Of a DNA stretch of 64,000 bases, positions 30,946 through 40,540 are shown one piece after another. How positions within the stretch are numbered: position 1 is the first letter of the stretch; the number at the start of each line of letters is the position of its first letter. The notes beneath the pieces are model-generated. The model did not search any database and was not told the DNA's origin. It saw only the letters and a program-made list of their open reading frames with translations. Location: contig OZ219753.1 in NCBI GenBank assembly GCA_964291315.2, positions 1,536,001 to 1,600,000 of the forward strand, given 5' to 3'. The translations under genes were made by a program, and so were the position numbers. The DNA comes from Candidatus Poribacteria bacterium (GTDB taxonomy: Bacteria; Poribacteria; WGA-4E; WGA-3G).

Positions 30946-31395
30946 CTACCATTTCAGGTGTATGTGGGCGTTATGGATCTCTGAAATGTTAATAGAGACA
31001 TGGTCTCCATTCGTTTCTGTTAAGAGCACCTTTTCATCGGATACCTCTGTCACCACGCCTTGCACCTGGTATTTGCTGTCCTCCTTTGGATCGACTTCTA
31101 TCCGAACAGTACGTCCGCAATTCCGATGAAAGTCCGCAGCCGTTTGCAACGGTCTGTCCAATCCCGGGGAGGCTATTTCTAACTGCTTGTAACGCATTAA
31201 GTACGCGTGCACCTCTAAGATCGGGCGCACAAGACTGCTTACTGCTTGGCAATCTGATACTGACAAACCGCAGGGCTTGTGAATGAGGAGTCGTAGGGTT
31301 TTTAAAGACGTTTCAACATCTACAAGTTCAATACCATCAATGTCAAGTATGGGTGCTAACAGTTCAAAAATCGAGTCCTTCTCAGTGTCTGTCAT
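30946..31395 (-). CDS. rimP: Ribosome maturation factor RimP
   Basis: DCQAVS and LEIASPGLDRPL motifs; first gene of the nusA operon. Confidence 0.92.
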   Translation of the reverse strand: MTDTEKDSIFELLAPILDIDGIELVDVETSLKTLRLLIHKPCGLSVSDCQAVSSLVRPILEVHAYLMRYKQLEIASPGLDRPLQTAADFHRNCGRTVRIEVDPKEDSKYQVQGVVTEVSDEKVLLTETNGDHVSINISEIHNAHIHLKW

Positions 31396-32112
31396 AGTGA
31401 ATATAAAAAAACGCGATCTTTCCCAATAATAGAGGTTCTTCGCTGTTCATTTAGAGCAGGTCGCACGCAGATGATTACGGAGAACTAAGGTGTAAAAACC
31501 TGATTCTTAATCCGGAGATAATGCGTTTTACGACTTCTACCGATGTTTAAGCAGCAGTGCTTGGATTCTCGCGGAACTATCTCTATTCTTACATAATACA
31601 CCTTTTTTAGCAAGCAAATTTGCTTCTAAGGCTACTTCCGCGCCGTTTAGGTGAATGTGTTCTATTGTTGTGTGTATATCTAAAATTATTACGGATCAAG
31701 GAGTCGAATTCTGCAACGGCTTCCATCCGTAAAACATCTCTATAGAGAGTTAAGGAGGCATCCTAGTCACGGGTTTGGACAGCAATATGATGCGTGCCAC
31801 CGCCTAGATTACTGAATTCTTTGTCCCGGCTGCCATATTAATCCTCCTTACTCTTCGATTCCTCAGCTTCGGTAGGTACGGTTCGGAACAGGACCGTTAC
31901 TAGTAATGACCCAGGCATCACCGATATTGATCTTTTACTTCATAGATTTTCAATAGTTGCGATATGAATAATTACAAATATATATTGTATCATAATGTGT
32001 TTTATAAAGTCAAATTAAAATTCGGACGCTTAACATTTCAAACCCTTGATTGAGATGACTGAATTCCAATTTTCAGTGTCGTTTCTCCACAAAACATGCT
32101 ATCATAATTGCT

Positions 32113-32724
32113 ATGAGTATGTTTCGTGAACATTGGATCGGTGGTCTAGTCGCTTATAGCTCTTTTTTCACCCTTTCTGTTATCATAACCATTACTATTT
32201 CAGTCCTTCAGGGAGTTCCGCTGACTTGGAATCCAACTATTTCTTTGAATCCCATAAAGATCGCTGGGTGTTTCGCGATTGCAGTGCTCTTCGGATTGTG
32301 GCCAGATGTTGATATCAAGAGCAAAAGTCAAAAGATCTTTTATAAAATCTTGTTTGTGTTGAATGTTGTGTTGATTGTTATAGGGCGGAAATATTTGGAA
32401 GCAGCACTGCTTGGTCTATTTGCAATGCTTCCAATTATGAGTAAACACCGCGGATGGACACATGCGAAAGTTACAATGATTTTGCTACCCGGGCTGTTTC
32501 TATTAGTGCCTATTTATGCTACATATCCAGAGTGGCGCAGCGGAGACACTCTTTTAGATTCTGTCAGCACCTTACTTGAATGGGAAGAACTACCGGGCGT
32601 TCTCCGCACTGGTTTGCCGTTCTGTGTGGCGAGTTTTATCGGTTATGCGAGTCACCTCTATCTTGACGGGATCCTTTTTCGGTCTCGTAAATCCCAACGG
32701 CAGAAGGCACGGGCAAAACAGTGA
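32113..32724 (+). CDS. Membrane-bound metal-dependent hydrolase (YdjM-like)
   Basis: N-terminal His, WPDVD, HRGWTH and SHLYLD motifs within a multi-TM protein. Confidence 0.8.
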   Translation: MSMFREHWIGGLVAYSSFFTLSVIITITISVLQGVPLTWNPTISLNPIKIAGCFAIAVLFGLWPDVDIKSKSQKIFYKILFVLNVVLIVIGRKYLEAALLGLFAMLPIMSKHRGWTHAKVTMILLPGLFLLVPIYATYPEWRSGDTLLDSVSTLLEWEELPGVLRTGLPFCVASFIGYASHLYLDGILFRSRKSQRQKARAKQ

Positions 32725-34055
32725 GAATAAGCCACTCTACCCTCCATGAATTGTTTGGTAACCGCACTATGCAAGCATTGTGCGTTTTTGCAAAATCTCG
32801 CGGGGTACGCCTCTATCTCGTAGGCGGTAGCGTCCGAGATCTGCTCCTCAAGCGTCAAACAACAGATTTTGATTTTGCCTTGGATGCCGATGCAATCCAC
32901 TTTGCTAAGGCGTTTGCTGCTCATATCAAAGCGACTTGCATTCCCCTTGAAGAAAAACCACCGACTGCCCGCGTGGTTGTTAAGCAGTGCACTTCTTCAC
33001 AATCGGCACAATTAAGCATGGATTTTGCGCAATTCCGAGCCGCATCCCTCATAGATGATTTACGTTTGCGAGACTTGACAATCAATGCAATGGCGATAGG
33101 GTTTGAGAATGTGGATACGGTTATAGACCGCGCCGGTGGGGCAAATTGCTGCCGAGTTATTGATCCATGTGGCGGTATGGAGGATTTAAAGTTAAGAACG
33201 CTGCGATTCCCGAGCGAACGTGTGATCTGGGCGGATCCGATCCGTCTTCTGCGGATTTACAGATTCGCTGCACAGTTAGGATTTGAAATTTCCGAAAATT
33301 CAATCGATTTGGTACGGAAGCACCGCGGATTATTAGCAAGTGCCGCGGCGGAACGATGCCGTGACGAGTTGATGAAAGTTCTTGATGTTGAGAAATCCCA
33401 TCTATACTTGCGACAGATGGACACCGTTGGGATACTGACAGAAGTTTTGCCAGCTATCAACCGTGAGGGGGATGCGTGGAGGTCCCTTAAAACATTTGAG
33501 GAGACTCCGATTCCGTTAGCATTTCACGCCTATTGTCAGGAAATCAAAAACTATCTTCGGGACGAATTAGAAAATGGGGTGAGTCGGCGTTCCCTAATCA
33601 AAGTCATTCTACTGTTAGGGGCAAGCCTCGGCAATACTGGGAGACAGATTCGATTAAGCCGCAGGGCGACACAGTTTATGAAATTGATTACCGCTAAGTA
33701 TGCAGAATTTTTTCAAGATGCCAACACACAATTGACGCATGAACAGATAGTATATTTCCTCAGGACTTCTGCACCCTATTGGTGGGGGGTGCTTCTCTAT
33801 GCAGCTGCGTCACGTCCGACGGATTCGATGAGATTTAAACAGATAGCCGACACCTATTATGAACATATCCTTCCAATCCAAGAACAGGGGAGACTCATCA
33901 CTGGAGATGATTTAATTCAGATTTTCAGCTTAAAGGAGGGAAAACAGATTGGGAATTTGTTGGAGCAGATCGAAGAACTCCGATTTAAGGGTGAAGTCCG
34001 GACGCGGGAAGAAGCGCTCGCTGCCGTGGAGATATTAATTCGCAAGTTTCCGTAG
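32721..34055 (+). CDS. Class II tRNA nucleotidyltransferase, probably CC-adding
   Basis: LVGGSVRD..DFDF, RDLTINAMA, DPIRLLRIYRF and ERCRDE motifs; no HD domain; flexible loop missing. Confidence 0.85.
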   Translation: MRISHSTLHELFGNRTMQALCVFAKSRGVRLYLVGGSVRDLLLKRQTTDFDFALDADAIHFAKAFAAHIKATCIPLEEKPPTARVVVKQCTSSQSAQLSMDFAQFRAASLIDDLRLRDLTINAMAIGFENVDTVIDRAGGANCCRVIDPCGGMEDLKLRTLRFPSERVIWADPIRLLRIYRFAAQLGFEISENSIDLVRKHRGLLASAAAERCRDELMKVLDVEKSHLYLRQMDTVGILTEVLPAINREGDAWRSLKTFEETPIPLAFHAYCQEIKNYLRDELENGVSRRSLIKVILLLGASLGNTGRQIRLSRRATQFMKLITAKYAEFFQDANTQLTHEQIVYFLRTSAPYWWGVLLYAAASRPTDSMRFKQIADTYYEHILPIQEQGRLITGDDLIQIFSLKEGKQIGNLLEQIEELRFKGEVRTREEALAAVEILIRKFP

Positions 34056-34071
34056 GGACCTCATCGAATGA

Positions 34072-34761
34072 CTAATGCCGGTCTGTTTGATGTCTCCGAA
34101 GATAGTTCGGAATGATCGATATGACCAGCATAAGCACGCCAGCGATTCCGAGATAGATCATGGTCCTCAAAATATTACCTTCGCCATTAACGAATGCACC
34201 TCCTAGCAGAACCAACGCTATTGTCCCCGGTAACATGAAAATGGCAGAGGTTAGTACGAATGTGGGGAACCGGATGTTTGTTAATCCATAAGCATAGTTT
34301 TGTAGGTTGAACGGGAAAATTGGAACCAAGCGTGTAAACATCAAAATCCGCCATCCTTGTACTTCAACCTGTTTATCTATTTTGCGAAATTGTTCGTTCT
34401 CCTTGACCCATCCTTCAACGAGATCGCGCGCAACATAGCGGGCTGTCAGAAAAGCACAAGAGACAGAAATGATAGAGCCGATAAAAGCATAAAAAACACC
34501 CCATAGCGGTCCGAAAACGAAACCGGCTAACACAGTTACTGGAAAACCGGGGAGAAAAAAGACGGTAGATAAGAGATAGAGTCCAATATAAACCAACGGA
34601 GCTATTACGCCAAAGCTTTCCACCCACGTTTTGATTTTCGGGACGTTTTCTAATCGAATATATGCTGTTATCCCGTAGTGCCTCAACACGAGATAAACAG
34701 ACACAATGATACTAGCAACAATCAGAATTTTAATCAGGTTTCTCTTCATTTTTTTTGGCAA
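34072..34761 (-). CDS. TVP38/TMEM64 (DedA, SNARE-associated) membrane protein
   Basis: FFLPG, AGFVFG and RLVPIFPFNLQNYAYG motifs. Confidence 0.9.
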   Translation of the reverse strand: MPKKMKRNLIKILIVASIIVSVYLVLRHYGITAYIRLENVPKIKTWVESFGVIAPLVYIGLYLLSTVFFLPGFPVTVLAGFVFGPLWGVFYAFIGSIISVSCAFLTARYVARDLVEGWVKENEQFRKIDKQVEVQGWRILMFTRLVPIFPFNLQNYAYGLTNIRFPTFVLTSAIFMLPGTIALVLLGGAFVNGEGNILRTMIYLGIAGVLMLVISIIPNYLRRHQTDRH

Positions 34762-36238
34762 TTGCCTCTAGATATGCTTTAATCTGTGTTCGATATTTTA
34801 TAGGAATAAGGTTGTTGTTAATAGCTTCGGCGTATGTTCGCGTTGCGTTGAGAATGACATCACTGAAAGGCAGATATGGTGGAGCGTCGGTCCGGGGCTC
34901 ACCCATAAAAACGCCGGAGAAACTTTCTGAGTCGCCAGATGAACCGGCAGTGAGAGTAAGAGAGGCGCCGTTAACTTGTAAAGCCGGTGTTTCGTCCGAG
35001 ATCAGGGCCGTTGTCGGATCTCCTGCCTCTGTTATATTCTCTATTTTTTTATCATCGACCGCCTCTAATGTTGATTGAGGTTCGAAGTTGCTTTGAGCTT
35101 CACGCGTGCCTTGTACTTCACGCGTACCAGCATTTTGCCCAGGTGTACCCGCCGCATTGGCGATTCCGCCGTCAGAGCTTGTCGTTTGAATATCCGCAAG
35201 CGCTAACTCTTTCCTGTTCGCCATTAGTTCTGCTTCTAAACCGGCAAGGTTCGCTAATGTTTCGGCTTTCTGAAGTGTGTCGATAATGTCTTGCAAGTGC
35301 TCAAGTGTAACTGTCTTATCTTGAACCTGATTCAACGAATTACGCAGTGCACCTTCTGGAAGGTTTTCAACCAAACGTTCGAAGAGACTTTGCAGCTCCG
35401 CTCGGAGTTCTAGTGGTATCTCAGCCTGTTTTGTTATCTCTTTAAGTTCTGACCCAAGGTTGTCGGCATCCATACCGCGAAAGTGTTGGCTTGCTTTCAT
35501 CGCCTCCACAATAGCAGCTTGTGCTGAGTATGCTTTACGGACTTTTGTATTCAAGTCGCTGAGATGTTCTTGCGCTGTGTTGAGATCTGTTGTGACTTTT
35601 AGTCTACTTATTGTGGCTCGGATTTGCTTCTGGAGGGCTGGATCCTTGACTTGTTTCTGTTCAAGGCTTTGGACGACCCTATCTAATGCCTTTTGTTGGA
35701 ATTCGGTGAGCGGCCGCGGCACATCATAAAAAGTCGGGATGCCGAAAGATATACCTATCAATAAGATCGGAATCGGAAACATGCGCGATAACTGTGGTAC
35801 CCGATAGGGTTGGACTCTCTTTTTATCTAAGGTTCTTGCAGTCTTTGCTGCATCTCGAATTTGGGATTGTGCGAATTCGCCTTGCGTTGTATTTTGTATC
35901 AATCCAAAGGCTGTACTCAGTCTCTCTCTGAGATCCATTTTTTCATCAACAACTTGGGCGATAAATTGTAAGTCCTTCCAATGTTTAATGCTTAGGCAGA
36001 TACCTACTATCCCTGCTAAGAATATGACGATCCAAATGATACTTGACATTTGGATGGGCAAAAGAATCACTCGGCTCAAAAGAGACAAAATAGCAAGCAG
36101 AACAAGTCCACAGAAAATCGTATATGTAAGTGTTTGCAACAGGCCTTGTCTATACATTCTTGAACGGATATCGGTTAGACAGTTTCTGATCCGTTGCACG
36201 TTCGATGTTTCCATCTGACGGTGTTTAGATTTTACCAT
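34730..36238 (-). CDS. Hypothetical membrane-anchored coiled-coil protein
   Basis: Three N-terminal TM segments, LRERLSTA, a long helical Q/E/K-rich region and a C-terminal IPIKYR..IKAY motif. Confidence 0.7.
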   Translation of the reverse strand: MVKSKHRQMETSNVQRIRNCLTDIRSRMYRQGLLQTLTYTIFCGLVLLAILSLLSRVILLPIQMSSIIWIVIFLAGIVGICLSIKHWKDLQFIAQVVDEKMDLRERLSTAFGLIQNTTQGEFAQSQIRDAAKTARTLDKKRVQPYRVPQLSRMFPIPILLIGISFGIPTFYDVPRPLTEFQQKALDRVVQSLEQKQVKDPALQKQIRATISRLKVTTDLNTAQEHLSDLNTKVRKAYSAQAAIVEAMKASQHFRGMDADNLGSELKEITKQAEIPLELRAELQSLFERLVENLPEGALRNSLNQVQDKTVTLEHLQDIIDTLQKAETLANLAGLEAELMANRKELALADIQTTSSDGGIANAAGTPGQNAGTREVQGTREAQSNFEPQSTLEAVDDKKIENITEAGDPTTALISDETPALQVNGASLTLTAGSSGDSESFSGVFMGEPRTDAPPYLPFSDVILNATRTYAEAINNNLIPIKYRTQIKAYLEAIAKKNEEKPD

Positions 36239-37248
36239 GCAAGCCTCTCCACTGTTGCCATAACGGTATCCGGGGTAATTGCTGCAAGATTCTCGAGCGC
36301 TCGGTCAGGATATGCATCCCACTCCTTCGACGATAGCGTTTTCATAAACGGGCACGATTCACGCTTAACCACAGCATGCTTGTTCCACGGTGGAGCCCAC
36401 TGAATGAGATTTGACGCCCCAAACAAAGCGACCGTTGGTGTTTTAACTGCCGTGCCGAGATGCATCGGTCCCGTATCGTTGCTAATGTATAGGTGACACC
36501 GTTGGAGAAGTGCTGCGAGTTGCATCGGAGTCGCCTGATTGATAATGATCGGAGAGTGTGACATCTGCTTGGCTACTTCGCTTGCCAACTCACCTTCACG
36601 GGGACCGGTTGTGATGAGAATATGTGCGCTGTACGCTTTGTGAAGTTGATCACCGAGAGCTGCAAAATTCGCGGTACTCCAACGGCGGTAAGCAGTCGCT
36701 GCCCCCGGATTCAGACCAACGACCGGATTGCTGTCATTGACTTTCTGGTTTTCAAGAAGGTCATTCGCCCACGCCATACCGTCCTTGTCGACAAATACCT
36801 CCGGTTCATCGTCTGTGACTGCAATGCCCAATGCGCGAACCACATCGAGATAACGTTGCGTTTCATGCTGCACTGTGTTATTCGGGACAGCTAGACGTAA
36901 CAGCTTCTTGCCGCCAGTATTTGTTTCAAATCCGACGCGAATTGGAATCCGGGCAAGGAATGTATGGAGCACCAAACGAAAAGTGGGTTGTAGCACAACC
37001 GCCATCTGGAAACTCTCGCGAGCGATTTGATAAATGAGTTTCGGTACCGATGCCTGATAGGTAAGTACCTTGTTTAGGTGCGGATTTGCGGATACCAAAT
37101 CTTCTCGTGTAGGTGCTACCATGTAAGCAATATAGGCATCACGGAAATGCTGACGTAGGGCACGGATAACAGGAGTCGTCAGAACCGTCTCGCCCAAAGG
37201 CGCAAGTCTAATAATTAAGATACGTTCAATCCGCTCAAGGGCAAACAT
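36232..37248 (-). CDS. Glycosyltransferase family 9 (LPS heptosyltransferase-like)
   Basis: ILIIRLAPLGETVLTTP, LNPGA..RRW and SNDTGPMH motifs; start set at ATG 37248. Confidence 0.9.
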   Translation of the reverse strand: MFALERIERILIIRLAPLGETVLTTPVIRALRQHFRDAYIAYMVAPTREDLVSANPHLNKVLTYQASVPKLIYQIARESFQMAVVLQPTFRLVLHTFLARIPIRVGFETNTGGKKLLRLAVPNNTVQHETQRYLDVVRALGIAVTDDEPEVFVDKDGMAWANDLLENQKVNDSNPVVGLNPGAATAYRRWSTANFAALGDQLHKAYSAHILITTGPREGELASEVAKQMSHSPIIINQATPMQLAALLQRCHLYISNDTGPMHLGTAVKTPTVALFGASNLIQWAPPWNKHAVVKRESCPFMKTLSSKEWDAYPDRALENLAAITPDTVMATVERLAW

Positions 37249-37480
37249 TCTATCTTTATTTTTGTATATTTCGCACAGTCGAATCTTGGACAACTCGTGT
37301 CCGTAACAGGGACGTTTAATTTTCTTATAGGACAGAAACCCCAAAGCCTGACTTTCCCTATAGGAGGGATTTTCCAATCCTGACTCCTCTTAAATTGAAT
37401 AGCCACAGTATCCGTAAATCCATCTATTGCTAATTTTTGTCGGTAACGGTATAATACCCTAAAATCAGTCGGATGTCAAG

Positions 37481-38215
37481 ATGAATTTCCAGATTCAGAC
37501 CTTAAAAGAGAAGTATCTACGAGGTTGGGAACGACAAGCAACTGTTGTTCTGATTGCCTCTGCCCTATTGTTAACGTTGCATAGATATTACAGCCGACGC
37601 AGTTTCTTCAACCGCCACTTTGCTGAATACTTTGGCAGTGGACCTCTGGCAGATAGTTACGCCTACTACTACTGGTTTTTGACAACAGCAGTTACGTTAT
37701 TACTCGTTCCTGCCCTCGTTGCAAGATTCGGAACAAAAGAGAGACTGAGGAACTATGGATGCCAACTCGGAGATCAGAAACTTGGCTGGAGTGTCACTGC
37801 GGCGGCATGGTTTCTGATGATTCCGGTGGTTATTTTTGCTGTCATTGTGTATCCGCCTTTTGTAGCGAAGTATCCGCTCAGCAAAGTCGTTGCAAGCAGT
37901 TGGCAGACATTTCTGTCTTATCAACTTGCCTACGGCGTTTACATGTTTTCTTGGGAATTTTTCTTCCGTGGATTTATGATCTTCGGATTGGAACGAAAAT
38001 TTGGGAACTACAGCATTTTGATTCAAACGATTCCGTTTGCAGTAATGCACTATTCGAAGCCGTTGCCAGAGGCACTTGGTTCAATAGTCGCGGGTGTATT
38101 GCTCGGCGTACTCGCCTTGGAGACGCGTTCATTTATCTATGGTGCGGTGATCCATTGGCTCGTCGCGATGACGATGGACGTCATGGCAGTCACCTTTCGG
38201 CATTTCTTTCTCTAA
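37481..38215 (+). CDS. CPBP (CAAX/Abi) family intramembrane metalloprotease
   Basis: WEFFFRG, FAVMH and ..IHW motifs in a multi-TM protein. Confidence 0.88.
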   Translation: MNFQIQTLKEKYLRGWERQATVVLIASALLLTLHRYYSRRSFFNRHFAEYFGSGPLADSYAYYYWFLTTAVTLLLVPALVARFGTKERLRNYGCQLGDQKLGWSVTAAAWFLMIPVVIFAVIVYPPFVAKYPLSKVVASSWQTFLSYQLAYGVYMFSWEFFFRGFMIFGLERKFGNYSILIQTIPFAVMHYSKPLPEALGSIVAGVLLGVLALETRSFIYGAVIHWLVAMTMDVMAVTFRHFFL

Positions 38216-38407
38216 AAATTTTATTGCGGATGCCCGGCAATTGTGTTATATACTCATGGTATTGTTAAAAACCGTTCTGAAACATGGGAAGATCCGGTGA
38301 TCCTTTTCGTACTCCAAGTGCATTGTAAAGAACGAAGAACAATGTCTTTACAAGATTTCTCGATCGTTTCAGAAACCTACTAATCTTTTATATAAAGCGA
38401 AAAAAGA

Positions 38408-39700
38408 ATGGATAATATTACAAAAATTGTAAACGACTTCGGCGAAAATATTGTTCGGGTAGATGGTGACATTCCTGTCGATCTACCAACAAGAGACGGC
38501 GACCGGTTTTTATTTATTAGTCACGACCAAAGGTTTCTTACACACAGTTTGCACAAATATCCTGCCAAATTTTTCCCTGAGTTACCGCGCTGGCTCATTA
38601 AGCGTTATTCTCAAGAAAACGACTATATTCTTGATCCGTTTGCGGGCAGCGGTACTACAAACGTCGAGGCACTTCTTTTAAAGCGAAACTCGGTCGGAAT
38701 TGATGTTGATCCATTTTCACGTTTCATTTCAAAAGTGAAAGTAACACCTTTATCGGAAAAAGACCTCAGAGGCGCGCACAAAATCCTTTTAGATGTTATC
38801 CTTAATTATCGGCCTTCGCTTGTCGCTGAATCTGATTTACCGAAGTTTCCTTACAGGGACAACTGGTTCAATAAAGAAATTTTGCTGGAGCTAACCTATC
38901 TAAAAAAGCAGATTGAGCTCCTTGATACTGAGGAGAGCGTCAAAGATTTCTTCAAAGTTTGTCTTTCATCTATTATCCGCGCTGTCTCCAACGCCGATGA
39001 CAATTGCACTCGTACAGTGATTCGGAAAAAATTAAATAAATCGGTTCGTCCTTCAGACGCACTGAAGCGCTTTGCGAAAGCACTCCATACCAAAGTCCCT
39101 AAAATGATGGATTTTTCTCAAAGATATCCATCAGGTGTAACTGCTGACTTTCCAGAGAACATGGACGCAAGGAACATCAACTACGAATCGGAGCACTTCG
39201 ATTTGGCGGTAACCTCGCCGCCTTATGTCAATGCCGTTGACTATCCGAGAACCCACCAATTGGAAATGTACTGGTTGGGCTTCGCGCAGAACTCACTTGT
39301 CCCCTTGAAAAAGCGAAACGTCGGCACGGAAAGCGTTTCAGCTATTCATTATAAAGTCCGACACGAGATGGGAGTGCCTGAGGCAGATACGGTTATAGCG
39401 GAGATTTTTAAAGATGATCCGAGACGCGCGTTTATTGCGTTCAAGTATTTAGAAGATATGCGAAAAAATCTTACCGAAGTTCATAAGGTGTTGTGCAAAG
39501 GCGGTAGATATATTATCGTCGTTGGTAATAACCGCATTAGGGGACGACTGTTTGAGAATTGGAAATATCTGATGGCAATTGCTGAAGATATTGGCTTCTA
39601 TATTGAAACTTACTTTGGTTCAGAGATTATTAAACATTTTATTAAAGTACCCAGAGGAGAACGCATCAACACTGATTGGGTTTTAGTTTTGAAAAAATAA
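38408..39700 (+). CDS. Alpha-class DNA methyltransferase (probably N4-cytosine) of a Type II R-M pair
   Basis: HKYPAKF, motif I DPFAGSGTT in the N-terminal part and motif IV TSPPY in the C-terminal part. Confidence 0.88.
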   Translation: MDNITKIVNDFGENIVRVDGDIPVDLPTRDGDRFLFISHDQRFLTHSLHKYPAKFFPELPRWLIKRYSQENDYILDPFAGSGTTNVEALLLKRNSVGIDVDPFSRFISKVKVTPLSEKDLRGAHKILLDVILNYRPSLVAESDLPKFPYRDNWFNKEILLELTYLKKQIELLDTEESVKDFFKVCLSSIIRAVSNADDNCTRTVIRKKLNKSVRPSDALKRFAKALHTKVPKMMDFSQRYPSGVTADFPENMDARNINYESEHFDLAVTSPPYVNAVDYPRTHQLEMYWLGFAQNSLVPLKKRNVGTESVSAIHYKVRHEMGVPEADTVIAEIFKDDPRRAFIAFKYLEDMRKNLTEVHKVLCKGGRYIIVVGNNRIRGRLFENWKYLMAIAEDIGFYIETYFGSEIIKHFIKVPRGERINTDWVLVLKK

Positions 39701-39718
39701 TGAAACAGGGGTAGAAGC

Positions 39719-40237
39719 ATGGTTGACAGAGAAGAAACAGGTAGACAAGCATCCGTAGCTGGATTTGCTCATGAGCATATCGCTACTGGAATTTTAATGA
39801 AAAGATACCAGAACGTTTCATTGGTCGATTTACCTTTATCACCGTACGACATTATCATCGTCCGCAAGAAGTCAGATGGCAATGAGGACATCATCCGAGC
39901 GCAAGTGAAAACGGCAACCCAATCCGTTTCCTTTACTGGGGGCGGAAGAGGAGGAGTTGATAGGGAGTACAAATCTGACGTTAAGACTTATACGCAATCC
40001 ACAGCGACCTCAGATGTTGTCATTGGAGTTCATCCAACAAACAATAATGCATTTGAACTCTACTTTGTTCCGACTGTTCTCATTGAAGAACTCAAGCAGA
40101 AGAGCATTTCTGTTAACAAAATTCGAGATTTAAAGGAAAACTATTACATTTTAGAAAATTGCAAAGATAAGAAAACAGTAATCAATAAATGTAGAGAATA
40201 TGGAATTCTCTTATCAAATTCTCGTTGTACTTTCTAG
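39719..40237 (+). CDS. Putative small PD-(D/E)xK restriction endonuclease
   Basis: G..HE...PYDII...AQVKT nuclease pattern; lies directly downstream of the MTase; AT-rich. Confidence 0.7.
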   Translation: MVDREETGRQASVAGFAHEHIATGILMKRYQNVSLVDLPLSPYDIIIVRKKSDGNEDIIRAQVKTATQSVSFTGGGRGGVDREYKSDVKTYTQSTATSDVVIGVHPTNNNAFELYFVPTVLIEELKQKSISVNKIRDLKENYYILENCKDKKTVINKCREYGILLSNSRCTF

Positions 40238-40540
40238 TAATTTATCCATCTTGAATTTTAAGGCATGTTAACCGTATGAACGAGAGAACCACGCCCTACA
40301 CCAAAATGGTTTGGAGGGTTTAGATGGTATTCGTCTTGGCTTGCTAAAACGTGTTGCTGGATCTAGTAAGAGAATTCATTGTATAGGCTACTTTACCGAT
40401 AGTATATAAAATAGCAAGTAATGCCTCTTGTTCTTGTAAGGAGAATACCATAGTTAACATAAAGCGAGCCACTAAGTATTAGGGTTTCACATTTGAGAAA
40501 TCTGACAATTCGATCACACTTCACGTACAGGAGAAAGTAA

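Noticed and set aside
31695-31735. TTCGACTCC T-loop-like motif suggesting a tRNA or tmRNA 3' end
   Set aside because: No 5-bp T-stem, acceptor stem or CCA end; the motif lies within a simple hairpin.
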